64,000 bases of DNA from Spizellomyces punctatus DAOM BR117. Lineage: Eukaryota. The stretch lies in assembly GCA_000182565.2 (NCBI GenBank), contig KQ257452.1; one strand, given 5' to 3'. Positions 12,280 through 28,468 of this stretch are shown here, piece after piece. Both the position numbers and the translations under genes were made by a program. The first letter of the stretch is position 1. Every line of letters starts with the position of its first letter. The notes under the pieces were generated by a model, which was given only the letters and a program-made list of their open reading frames with translations, had not been told where the DNA came from and did no database searches.

Positions 12280-12718
12280 ATTTCCAATCCATTTCAAAAA
12301 TGACATGACTCACGCCCCGCACGGGTCCGCTTGTCCACGCCTCGCAAACTTGACTTCCACGGCACGTCGTTAGAAAGGCCGTTTTTGAAAGTTCACCGGT
12401 GATGCCGCAACGAGTTTGTCCACGATACCCAGAGGTACTTTCACTTGGGAAGATATGCAGCAAAGAGAGTTTGCTTTTCAATGGGAATACCTGAGCAAGG
12501 CGAGATTCAAGATGCCAAAACTGGCGAAAGGCTGGAGATTTCAACAGCTCCTGCGAAGTGTTGAAATCATGGCTAAGCCACTACAGAAGGTGACTGTGCC
12601 CGCTGATACTGAACTAAGTTACAAATAAATAACAGGCATTCTTGGATCATCCCAAAACTAATCTATAATTCAAAAAAGTGCAAGCTACATACAGAATTAG
12701 TCCGGGTATTGGCTAGTT

Positions 12719-15076
12719 TTAGCATTGGCTGTAGCAGGTTATTGCCGACTCCATCCCGCAAGAATAGGTCCATTTGCTTTCTCCCCTTCCGCTATTATGT
12801 TCAGGAGATTCTCCTCCATGTGCTTGGATATAAATGAAACACATAGATGAGCAAGTGCCGCCAATTTTTTTTCTGAAAAAGACAAACTTGATGAATGAAT
12901 CGTACCTTTATCAAATATCGCCGTCGGCCCACTTGACGAAGGCAGTTCAAGTGAACCTGCAAGTCATTTTGCACTTGTGCCAGTTCCTCCTCAACAACGG
13001 TCGTCTTTGTAGCCATTATCAGAATCAACGCCGAATAATACACACACCACATGCTATAATAGCCGATGAGCTTCGCGTCTGGGTCGAGTCGAATGGCTTT
13101 ACGCAATAAATGGGCAATTCTACGAGCATGATCGAGACATATTGCGTACGCCGCGCCAGCAGACTCTGACAATCCATTCTCGCTGGGATGATAATGGGAT
13201 TCGAGTACAGTTGGAAGATGGAGAAGGATAAAGCCACAATGATAATATAAATGCGCGTGGAGGGTGTTCCAGGGTGGAGGTGATTTGGACACGAGAGAGA
13301 GAGCAAAGTGATCCCACTTGTCAATGTTATGGAACCAACTTGGTGTCGAGTTCATCCAGTTGACTAATGCTTGTTCAAGCTCTGCCCGCGTTTTGCGACG
13401 TTCTTCTAGAATCTTCGCAAGCGCCTCTGGGCCGCCCGCAGGGCTCACCTGTTCGTTGGCCATGCGATCTCGCCGGCCGTCGTCGATAGCCCGTTGCACC
13501 ATCGTGCCAATCGTTCCTGCAAACTTGAAAGCCTTGGTCCATATTTGAACCACAACAATCCATAATGTCATCGAGTCAGGCTCAGTTTCATTCGATACGG
13601 GTGGCTCGTCGTTTTCGTCCATGATGCTCTGCCACGTCGACTCGGTGCCCGGAAACTTTACAGCCCAGTGATGCACAGAATCACCAAAGCGAGGGACATT
13701 ATCTATTTCAACCACCGGTTTATCCTCATCCTTGATAATAGGTGGCAGATCCATCATGCTCGTGTCAACAGCTTCCAAAAACCAGAGACAAGACCAAATC
13801 CGCCGACGAGTTTCCTTTTGCAGAAACGTCAACGGACCATGCACCGAAACAATATCTGGATCCACGTTCAAACGAAGTTCCATTGCCATTCGAATGCACA
13901 AAGCGAGGATTGAATTCCGAGCACTGACTGTAGAGATTCATTCAGATAAAGACGAGCATAGGAAAGGGAGTTTCACATTGCTCACCTAACCCGAGCGTGT
14001 TCGCGGAACTGGAAAGCATTCCAAGCCCTAAAACGGTGTCAAGGTTCGGTGTCTCTAGCAATTGTGGGATCATCGAACGTGCTTTCCAAAAGAAATATTC
14101 TGCGGCGATGTACGGTGGCAAGCCTCTTGCTTCGGCGTACGCCTTGAGCGCCGGATGGTCAGATAATGGTGCTGCGCAGGCACATATCGACATAACCACA
14201 AACATGGGCTGTCGATGTAACGATCGCATAAACGTTGCCTCATGAAACGGTAGCATGGTGGCGGCGCTGTAATAACACTCAAAGAACACTTGGGCTAGGT
14301 GTCTGATCACTTCTGGCGATGAAACACAGTCGGCAATCGGTCCTTCCAGTATTGGGCCCACAGCGTAAGGGCACATCATGTTATAGGGGACGTTACTCGC
14401 AATGAGAGCAGGGGAGCGGATGGAGAGGTTCGAGACTCCTGCAACGATCGCATCGTTCCCGTCTAAAGCGGTCTCCGGGCCCGTGACGCTGATCGGCGGA
14501 CAGGTCGCGTTTTGTGGCTTCTCTGATACCAAGGTATCATTTTCGCCGCTCTCCCGGCTAGTGTCACTACTACTACCGATCAATATTTCCTCCAACTCTC
14601 TCACCTGAAAAGACATGCATGTTTTATACTCTGAGGGATGACGGAAACCAAAATTTTAATTTCTCACTCTGGACTCCAGCATCCGGATATAGGCCGTTCG
14701 ATCATAGCGTCGGCCTCCCCGATTCTGACTTCGACTTCCGCTGGCCCCACGGTCCCGAGAGCGACTATGTGGACTATACACGCATATCTAATCACATGAC
14801 CAATATTCAGCTTTGTAGCAGATACTTGTCGTTATCCCCAGCTTCAACCAACCCTTCCACGGGCCGCACATGCTCCACATGATGGTCTGGCCGAGTCACA
14901 CTTTCTTCGAATCCGATAACCTGTGCGCGAACAAGTTTTGTACAGTCAATTGCTGTGAGCCCTATTTACGGAGCATGCATCATACATCTGTCGCACGCCC
15001 ACACTTCGTCCGGTTTCTCTGCAAAAGGTTTATGCTTCACTTTCTGCGTGCTCCTCGAAGCACCCGACTGCTCCAT
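12719..15076 (-). CDS. Zn(II)2Cys6 transcription factor with fungal-specific TF (middle homology) domain
   Basis: ACDRC|YRIRRKCDSARPSCGACAARG...CVY zinc cluster, YIRMLESR|VRELE coiled coil, LPFHEATF, CIRMAMELRLNVDP, ETRRRIWSCL. Confidence 0.92.
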
Positions 15077-15701
15077 GTCCAAACCGCTTGACAAATGACG
15101 AACAGCTGTGCACCGCGACAAAGGGCTGTTTCCTGACCCCGCGGACTTGAAGTATTGGGCGAAAATGTCGCACTAATGGCACGTGATTGTAATTTGTGGA
15201 AAGCGGCTTGCTGGGGCATCGGAGCCTTTCTTACGCCATTTTAACTTTTTGTCCCGCTTTATGCAAGTATTGGGGATTTCATTCCAAATCAAACAAATGG
15301 AAGCACGAGTAGATCGCATGCAGATATTCAATGCAAGGTTGATCAACCATTTTTTGTTAGATTCGGCTATGGACGCTCGTTTGCAGACTTGGCGATGCAT
15401 TTCCTGCTCTGGCCATCCCCCTGTCTACAAGACGTAGTGTGTGCGGCCGCGTGAAGAACAAGAGCCCCAAAGGATCCGCAGGTTCCGGCGGTTGCGGGCG
15501 TTCATCTACCGTCGTTTTTTGGCTGTATGATCTCGCCCCTTTTTGAACCTTTGCACCCAAGCGGACTTTTGATTAGATGCGCAATGTGTACGTAATATCA
15601 TCACCATGGCAACATGCCAAAGGGACTAAACCACCGGCTGCCACAAAGTCGATATCAATTAGCACGTAACGACATCACCTTAGCACACACACAAATTACC
15701 A

Positions 15702-16247
15702 ATGCTCGGAGTACGCACACTCGTACGTGCTTCGCCGCGGGCAGTTTTCGTTCCTGTTCGAAGGGGCCACGGACATGCTCATGCACCGAGGGGTTTCGAG
15801 CCTTCTGGGTACTTTTTGGGAAGGCCGGTAAGTTGGTGGACGGCACTGAATGGCGTGGCAAAACTGTGCAAAATGTCTGTTAGCACAGGAATTGACTTGC
15901 GGATATTGCACGACCGCTGCCAGAGAACCTTTGTTAACTTGTAGAGACTAACTCCTAAATTTATAGAACGGAACCAAACGTGATTGGTACTGGTGGGAGC
16001 CTCTCTGGTATTTTGGCTACTACGGCACATTTGCAACCTTTTTCATCTTCCAAGCTTTCTCCGCACGACCTACGTAAGCGCTGAATCGTACTCCCGACGC
16101 TAGAGTAACATGGAACTTACAGTAATCGTTTTCAGACCTACCGAAGCAGCCAAACTCGAGGCCCATCGCCGTCTCGCCGAGCGCGGGGAAACATTCGGAT
16201 GGCCTTTCCCAGCTGACTATGGGTTGGTGAAGAAGGACGCTAAATAA
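15702..16247 (+). CDS. Mitochondrial complex I subunit NDUFB11/ESSS-like; exons 15702-15827, 15967-16073, 16136-16247
   Basis: Spliced protein MLGVRTLVRASPRAVFVPVRRGHGHAHAPRGFEPSGYFLGRP|NGTKRDWYWWEPLWYFGYYGTFATFFIFQAFSARPT|PTEAAKLEAHRRLAERGETFGWP: Arg-rich presequence, PSGY/WE motif, one TM helix, EAxRRL. Confidence 0.8.
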
Positions 16248-16706
16248 ATTCTTTTAAATGAAAGGAATGGGGAAGGAGATAAAGATATGGTTCCGGGAAA
16301 CTTTGTAAAACAGTGGATACACCCGGAATAGATGAGCATTGGAAAGGCCTCATACTGGGCGAATATTAGGCATTTGAGCAAATGCCGCTTGTCATGTGGA
16401 TGGTGAAGAGGCGTGCATAACAGACTAGATTCAAGGCACTGTGAGTTTCGCATGAAGCAAGTCCTCATTCAGAGTGTGCATCGAGTCATGTTCAACACCA
16501 TTCAAACATCGGACATGCATCATCAATTTTGCCCCGGTTGATATTGACTTGCGAACACAATGTTATACTCCCGGTAGAGCGAGCCAGACGAAAGAAAACG
16601 CTGCAATGGCAATAATTCACGCGGACTGTTGCCCGTAATACCACAACAAAAAGCTTGCTTCACACAGACTAGTCAATCCGCATCATATATTTATCAAATA
16701 TAAGAA

Positions 16707-17874
16707 TCAAGCTGACATATCATCAAAAACCTCCTTCATCCGTTCATAAATTGGGAAGAACATGGAACAAACACAGAACCACCAGGTCGACCGCGCCAGT
16801 CCACCCGTAAAGAATGCAGTATAAACTCGTGGCCCCACGACTCGTCCCTGTTCGACCAAAACTCGTCTTTGGTCCCCAACTATTTCCCGGGCAATCTGCC
16901 CCATAGTAACTTTTGAGTGATCGGCTCTTGTCATAATCTTGGTTCTGATTACGTCAAAGGGGGTTGTGAGGAAAGCTGCCAAGGCACCGGCCACGCCTCC
17001 AAATAGGGTTGATTTGACGGTTGTAATTGATACTTCCTGCGGTTCCATTGGGTCGAGCATGTAGGTTGGTGGCACCGAGGAGGAGGAGGAAGAGGGAAGA
17101 GAGAGACGGTGATGGAACTGCTTCAAGGTGTCATATGTAGTGAAAAGGATGGCCATGAAAGGCCAGTCCCGAGCTGTCGTGCTCCAGAAGCCTCTAAACA
17201 GGCCCGCTGGCCCTTCTTCCTTCAAAATCATTCGGAAAGCATATATGGCGGTCGCACGGCCTTGCGATGACTTGTCGTAGTGGCCTGTTTGCAGACGGGC
17301 GGTGATAACCTCGCGTGGAACTTTGACTATGGAAGACACAAAGTCACCAGCTATGGCAGAGATTGCGGATGTAGCCATGAAGCCAAAGGAGGGAAGGAGA
17401 GAGGTATTTGCGGTTGACGCACTGGAAGCTGACGTGATGTGACTTTTGCAAACTTCATATGTTGCCCATCGTAGACCACCCTGAATTGGAGATGGCAAGA
17501 TCAGACATGACAGCTTTATAAATGAAGCTCTACAGCAGCGGAAAACAAACCTGCGGTCCGGCGCCCAAAACACTGGCCAAAAAGCCTCTTCTCAAAACTC
17601 TCATTGTTTCAACATTAAATAGGCCCTTCATATTCGTATTCCGTCCAGACCCGGCCGCAGCCTGCATGCGGGTCTTGAGAGTGTCCAGCGGGTGCATGAC
17701 CGCAAAGGACGAGGCTAAGGCGACTGCTCCCGCGCCAAAACTATTGCGGATACGTTGGTATTCGGACAGCTGCACACTAGCAATCGCCTCGGAGCTGTAC
17801 TGCTGTTGCTGCTGTTGGTGGGTGAGGATAGAAGGTGTCGGCATAGTGTATCGGTGTTGGGCAGTCGCGGACAT
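16707..17874 (-). CDS. Mitochondrial carrier (SLC25) protein, possibly SAM-carrier-like
   Basis: Three carrier signatures PLDTLKTRMQ, PREVITARLQ, PFDVIRTKIM; one intron. Substrate is uncertain. Confidence 0.9.
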
Positions 17875-18164
17875 TCTGAGACAAAGGGAATCAGGTCCAG
17901 GCAGCTTCTCGTGCTTTCGAAAGGGTGACGGTAAAAGGTAGTCAAGCAAGGAGGAACCGTTCGTGATAAAGAGCCTTGGGGTATAACTTTGGAAATGTCC
18001 CAATCCTACAAGAAAACCCAAGAAAACGGGAGGAGAAGATGAAGGAAGGTCGAGGTTGTGCGGACGGTGCCCCAATTAAAAAATGCGGAGAAGGACCTGC
18101 AGGGGAACGCGGTTGGCGACAAAAGATCTTATCAGTGATGAAATCGGAAAAATATTAAACCACA

Positions 18165-20268
18165 ATGGATCCGGATTGCATGACTCAGATCACGGGAAAT
18201 GAGTCATTCAGCAGCAGGGAAGACACTTTGGCAAATGCACAGTGGTCTGAAGATTGCTTTTCATCCGCCATGTCCGCCTTTGGTTTTGCAAAATTCGCTG
18301 CCGCGGCACGCCGACCGCACATGCCGCGGTTGGACAGTGAAGCCAACCTGTCAGAAGCCGCGGTTGGTGCTATTGAAGTACTAGATATCACAGATCCAGT
18401 TTTGCTAGGTGCATCTTCGTCCTCTGCGGCTGGACCTGCCCTCCCGCAAAGGGATCCAGATCGGCAAGCGGGTAGGTTGTTCTTACAAACCTTAGTGCGT
18501 GGTCGAAGCGCAACGCAGGTCGAGCTAAAACCGAACATGTGTTAGCTTTTACGAACGGGTCCTCATCTCGACCTGTGCCACCTGCCCCAGAAGCCACCAG
18601 AGAACCTGCTTCAAGAGCGTCCCGCTCGTCGCTTCCATATCAACTGCTACCGCGGACAAGTTCTCGGACGTTTGACCGAATATCACTGGACGATATAGAG
18701 GGAGAGTCGTCCGAGTCTGACGTTGAGGACGCGCCACAGGACGGTGGTCTCGAACACGGTGGACAAGGGGTTAGTTTTGCAAGCCAATTGATACCATTTC
18801 AAATGCTTACTGTCTTGCGGTCAAACCTACTAGTCACTAGGTGGAGCCCACGTATCAAACAACACGATAAACGTGAGTGTCCGCCATGTAAATCCCCATT
18901 CCGTGCAGCATCTCCGCGAAGAAGCGGATTTCGACAATACATTTGAGCCTCCGCACCCTGTTGGCCCAACATCGACACCCGTATCAACACGATCGTCGGG
19001 TGTCGCGGACCTGGATTCCTTTGTTCTCAAGTATGTCGCTCCTAAAAACACGTCTATAATTGGTCATTTGACACCTTTCCTTCACAAAGACCTATACCCA
19101 TGGGCCAAAAGCTCCAATGTAAAATTATCCGTCGCAAGGAAGGCATCGACAAATTATACCCAAAATATGAATTGTACATCGAAGAATCTGAAGAGTCACA
19201 AGTGTTCATATTATCTGCTCGAAAGCGGAAGAAATCTAGCTCTTCACATTACATTATTAGTACGACACGGTTTCCGTCTAAACGTGATAAGGACCATATT
19301 GTGGCTTCTGTAAGGTACGATTGTACCATTTTGCAAAACTGGCAGATAATAACGGCATCTGATGTATTGAGTTGGATTATCCAGATCAAATTTTTTGGGG
19401 ACAGCGTTTGCGATCTATGGCGTGGACGGCAGTAATGTAAATGCCACAGATAAAGTGGAGGAACGACGGCAAGAGTATGGGGTCGTATTATATGTGGGTT
19501 TGCCCGTGTGGTGAGAATGGATTTGACAAGTCTTTTATACTAACATGCCTCATTTTCACAGGAGCCTAATCTTTTGGGATTCAAGGGCCCTCGAAAAATG
19601 ACCGTCATTCTTCCGTCCATGACGCGTGAGGGGAAGCGGATTGATATACGACCGTCCGATGTTAGTATATCATCATGAGTCTTCACATCATATGTTTAGC
19701 ACTCACGATACCTTGTATAGGAGAAGGAGACGCTCTTTGGACGATATCGTACTCGAAATGATCGTGATATATTGACCTTACACAATAAGGCACCACAATG
19801 GAATGATGGTGAGTTCTCACGTATGGGTAGATCATGTACGCAGAGGAAATTTACCGTCTGTATTTGGCGTAGAAACGCAATCGTTTGTGTTGAATTTCAA
19901 TGGACGGGTAACGTTGGCCTCGGTCAAGAATTTCCAGATAGTCCATGATAATGACTGTAAGTAATCTCGCAAACTGTTCGCCTGTGACATTTTGTTGATG
20001 CGGAACTCTGTTTAGTGGATTATATTATCATGCAGTTTGGCAGAGGTAAATTGAGTCCATTGATTGCAATGTGTTTGCAAATTGACTTACTTTGAGTGGA
20101 AATAGTAAGCGAAGATACATTCACCGTTGATTTTCAGTATCCCATGTCGTGCATTCAGGCATTTGCCATCGCGTTGACAAGGTGAGTAGCTTAGATACAA
20201 GGTGACAGAGAGTTGCCATTTCTTATTCAAAGTTTTGTAGCTTCGATGCCAAGCTGGCTTGTGAATGA
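18165..20268 (+). CDS. Tubby-like protein (TUB/TULP)
   Basis: [104 protein letters not shown]. Start ATG uncertain. Confidence 0.93.
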
Positions 20269-20497
20269 AGTGCACTCGCTGCAGTCGTATTCATGGTTAT
20301 CCTGCAAATCAAATGTATGTGTGTCGTTACGTCTGTTACGAAACTCATGTGTTACGTAGTCCAAAGTGGAAGGCAGTTTGAATCACATTCAATAGCTTTC
20401 ACTTGGTTTTGTATTATGTACTATAATGCCACTATTTACTGACGACTTAAATACAATATGTAAATACATGAAGGTTTAAATAACAATTGATGGGGGG

Positions 20498-21777
20498 CTA
20501 GATGAACCATGTCAGCGCTGCGAGCATCGCCGAAAACGCTACCAGCGCTTTGGGTACTCCAGTGCCAGCTGCCCCTGAAGCCAACGCCGTTACACCTCGA
20601 CTAGCTAACCCTGTTTGACCTAAATCCAAAAAATCCAACCGCCCACTCCCCGCCCCATCATCTCCGGCAATATACAAGAACGATCCATCTTCATCCATCT
20701 CCATTGTGAAGACATTCACAAAGGTCGTAGTGATCTGACCCTTGAGGACTCCCGTTGTGTCATAGATGAGCACGCCGCCTGCCCCGTACAAGCCCACGTA
20801 AATGTCACCAGTTTTGGGGTGTGGAATCACGGAAGAGACCACGGGATGGTCTTGCGGCGGATTAGGATAGGCGGTCGAGTTGATGCGTATGAGTACTTGT
20901 CCCTGGGAGGACGTGAGGTTCCGCGTGCCCCGAAGATCATATCTCCATATATTGTTGGAGCTGTTAAACCACTGTTGAAGAATAGAGTTTCTTTAGATGG
21001 AAAAGTAAGGGACCGCGACAATTCATGCCTACCTCTGCGACAAAGAGGGTTTGTGAATTTTGCATCAACCACATCGCCTGAACAGTACCCCGGAGCTCCC
21101 CGACCATGCTAGAATTGGTATTCCCAGCGCTAGGCGGATCCGCCGTCAGAGGTGTCACCACCGGTACCCACCACAGCTTGGTCCCTGATGCTGCGTACAA
21201 TCCGCCATATGCATCAAGGGCACTCAAAGCCGTTACCTCGCCAGTACCGTTCGCTAGTTTGACTTGACGTGGCGGGCGAGATGCGTCCGGTGTTTCCCGA
21301 GGACTCAAGTACCCGTAAGGTAAAACGGTGACGGACGACGTAGACCGGTCCGCCAGAAAGAGGAGGTTTTGAGGAGTCTGGAGTTGGTGATGTTTCACGG
21401 CCAACGCAGTGTAGACGGTATTTGAAGCTCCTTGATCATTTGTGTCTGGAGATGACCATGCCCATGTCCATGACGAGCTAACGTTTGTTTGAATGGCCCA
21501 GACTTGGTTGTTTTGCACTGATGTTGCTCCCGTGATTTTGCTAGGGTTAGCCGGTCCCAAGCAGAGCAAGGCATTGTTTTCAAGGCCCATTCTGTTTCGC
21601 ACAAGAGAGTGAATACGTGCAATACAGGAAAAAGTCCTTGTTGACGACAACTTACGAGCGAATAGATTGAAATGGGTTTGTGCCAAAACCGTACTTTGCC
21701 GACCGAAAGTATGCGAGCGACTGTCCTGACACATTGTGTGCCAATGCCACTAGAAGCAATAACAGGAAGAAGGCCAT
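20498..21777 (-). CDS. Secreted, probably GPI-anchored beta-propeller-like protein, 3 exons
   Basis: Signal peptide MAFFLLLLLVALAHNVSG; propeller-like strands (GGLYAASG, TLFVAE, GDIYVGLYG, GSFLYIAG); C-terminal small-residue site plus hydrophobic tail ending at the stop. Confidence 0.7.
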
Positions 21778-21847
21778 TTGCACCTACGGCTGCAATGGGA
21801 TCTAGGGGGCCGTATCAAGGGCAAGGCGGGCAGAAAGGCGCTTTTTG

Positions 21848-21856
21848 TTTGGCGCG
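21848..21856 (+). promoter_or_regulatory. Candidate E2F site TTTGGCGCG upstream of MCM8
   Basis: Matches the TTTSSCGC consensus, about 200 nt before the MCM8 ATG. Confidence 0.4.
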
Positions 21857-22052
21857 AGGCGGAGATGGAAAACGACTTGCCTTTCCTTTTGCTGCGCAAT
21901 TGCTGTGCCTCCATTTGAGAGGCGTAGTCACACTATCTGTTGCCATATCAGATGGCTGTGCAGTCTATTTTAGCTTAATTGGGTTAAAGTACTCAACAGC
22001 TTTCGCACACGGCCTTCAAAGGATCTCCGACTATTAGCTCAGGAAATTTCAC

Positions 22053-25693
<3,641 letters not shown>

Positions 25694-26268
25694 GGGTGTA
25701 ATTTGCGAACGAGAATGAATTGTAAATAGTGTTCAATTGTTCAATTTCATGATATCATGTAATGTTTCCTGTAAAATACAAGTGCTTCGGCTGATTATGG
25801 ACTCAAATGTCTTTGGATCTGGTGATGGGCCAAAGGGCCAGGAGCTTAATCTCTCCCAACTCAACATCCTGGGTTAAGCAGCACGAGAGGTATGTACCTG
25901 AAATCGATCCTGGCTGTGATAACATGCAAAGATGGACATACGTGTTGAGTCTGTCGCCTTGCGCCATTGTTGCTGTAGTTAGAGGTAGAAACAGATACTC
26001 GTAGCGCGTGCCGAGCGCAACTAGGCTGAACAGTGCAAAACTGTTCTTGACGTAAGCCTAATCGGCGCAAATGCTGCCTCTTGACAACTAAAGCTATGAG
26101 TTCCATCCGGCGATAGCCCATGCAGATGCTTGTTAATAATAATGATACAAGAAACAGCAATGATGGGTAATGCATTGACTATACACATTGGGCTATGCTA
26201 CGATGCCTATAACAAAATAGCTAATCTAAACACAAAGGGAGATTAAATATCCAATGACTATCGAGCTC

Positions 26269-27300
26269 TTAATTGTAAATATACAGTTTCTCTCCAACAG
26301 TTCTCGGTATCTCCACACTTTCCGCTGACTTCTTTTGCTCCTCGCTCCACTCTTTGTTAACATATACATCTTTCGAACCCAAACTGGGATCGTGGTCCAC
26401 GTCAAACTCTCGCACGCGCCCGAACGCAACTTTTAATGCCTCCTCGCCAATCTCTCGTGCAGTGTCTCGTTCGGTGAACCATCCGTACACGCGCCTTGGG
26501 AAGCCTGTCCAGCCGGATTGGTTTCGCCCGGTAATATAGCCGAGTTGGGGGAGAGGGAAGCTTGGAAGATTGTGTTCGGAGAGCTCAAGTGGTGGCTCGG
26601 GTGTCGCTGTGGCTTCGTCGTTTGGGGTATCGGAGGGCGCGTCCGTTTTCTCTGAATCTGCGTTTGTGGTCGGCTCGACGGGGGTAACTGCTGCTGGTGG
26701 GGGGCGTTCCGCTAGAGCCCCTTCCTTCAATCCCCGTAGCACTTCTCTCCACGCGTTTGGTCCAACCGCTATCAGTCCTTCATCAGCAGAGTATTTTGGA
26801 CGTTCCAAAGGGTTCCCCAAGGCAGCATATGGGTTGGGTTCGTATCGGTGGCCGGGAGGGAGTGCTCGCTGCTCGTCTTTTCCTGTCCATATCAAATCAC
26901 GAACAGTGTGGTGAATTTGTCCAGCGGCTTTTGGCTCGACGACTTCGTAGTCTAGCGCGGCAGAGTCGAAAACTGCGACGAGATCACGACAGTAGTTTCA
27001 GCAAAATGTCGGCATTGGATATTTGACGACAATTTCGCACTTACCAGGTTTAATATATTGCTTGAACCAATATCTTGCCCAGTGAGTTGGAGCAACGTAT
27101 ACTTTAACTTTCCTTGGCACCTCCCATGTCTGCATTGGTTCGTTCGCAAGAATGGCTGCCTTTTGGTCCAGCTCTTTTCTCACATTGCGAAGATGATATT
27201 TATCGTAGATTGCGAGGCCCGTGATAGTTGATGTAGTGCCCAAAAATATGCACCAATTTCGAGAGGGTAGTCGGGATTTGAGGGACTGGAGGAGCGACAT
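26269..27300 (-). CDS. TIM54: Mitochondrial import inner membrane translocase subunit Tim54
   Basis: N-terminal LPSRNWCIF plus TM segment, PRKVKVYVAP, FKQYIKP|VFDSAALDYEVV, IAVGPNAWREVLRGLKEG, GFPRRVYGWF. Confidence 0.88.
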
Positions 27301-28468
27301 CTTTGGAGGGCCCTTGTGGGAGGAATGGAGCTTTCTTGAATTTTCAAAGTCGCGGAGTTCGCGCTATGAAAAACGTCTGTGCCACTGTCGTAGTTGCCAT
27401 GGCCACCAAGAGTCGACATCCAACCGTGAATTCACTAGAATTCACTAGGAGAGACATCTCTCCGTTCATCAGTCTTTCATGCTTCACGTTTTTATGTCAT
27501 TACCTGTAATGTCCAGTGCCTTACCGTAAGCAGCAGCAGCGACCCCATCACGGACAGTAGGAAGAAAAGTCAGACGTGCTACACCAGGCGTTAGTGGAAA
27601 GCAGTCTCTTTGGCCCCATTCAACATTCTCCAGAGCGACTGCCAGAACCAGTCAATGACTTCCATGGCTTTTAATTTATTGATTTCCCACCTGTATGATA
27701 TATAGTGGACACGTTTGAAGGTACTCTGCTGTGCGAGGATACATTTGCTATGCAACATCAAAGCTGCATACAGGGCCTTGCGGGATGAAACCCTTACGAA
27801 CGGTAACAGCCTTCACCCAACTGACTATTCTGACAGCTACTAAAAGTGTTTAATTACCCTACATCCATGTGAGCGCGGTCATTATTCGCCTTGCAGTGTG
27901 ATACCCGACGAAACTAGAATGCAGAAGCTAGCAGCGATGTTTTGATCCTTTAAAATGTCAGCAAACACCCAGTGTTCCTGTTGCTAGAAAAGGGAGAAAC
28001 CCTTAACTACCATGAGCCGCAGTTAAATCTTGTTGGGAAGCTGACTTGCATAGTCATTCCGCAAAGGCCATCTTTTGAATTAAACTCTCAATCCGAGGAC
28101 CGCTGATATATAGCTTGCAGAAATACGAATTTATCAAATGGTAGATTGCCGCCTTCCATCTAGAAAGTACGTCAGCAACGCCATCTCCGGGGCTAAAGTA
28201 TGTCATGCTTATAGGAATCTTGTATACAATAAGAACATCCTACATTAGTCTGGCACTTGACCCTTCAACCTGATCATGAACTGCGATACGCTGTCAGTAA
28301 TGCCCCAGCCCCGGCAGTTTCTCCTAGCTTTTCCAATGATATCAACAAGGCTGGAATTATGCGTCAGCAAAGGCATCAGAATATAATCATGTGACCAAGA
28401 CCGTTCCCAAGAGCCAAACGACATCCTTCCACTCGTCATGATATATTCCTTTGGAGGACAAGGAAAAC

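Noticed and set aside
20827-21072. Apparent frameshift in the beta-propeller gene
   Set aside because: Explained by a normal intron (gtaggc...caacag).
25861-26175. 104-aa ORF with a signal-peptide-like start
   Set aside because: It begins within the probable TIM54 3' region, has no recognisable domain, and its composition is unconvincing.
27420-28440. Possible gene between TIM54 and the DHHC gene, and a short GAATTCACTA duplication
   Set aside because: No consistent exon chain; the duplication is too short to interpret.
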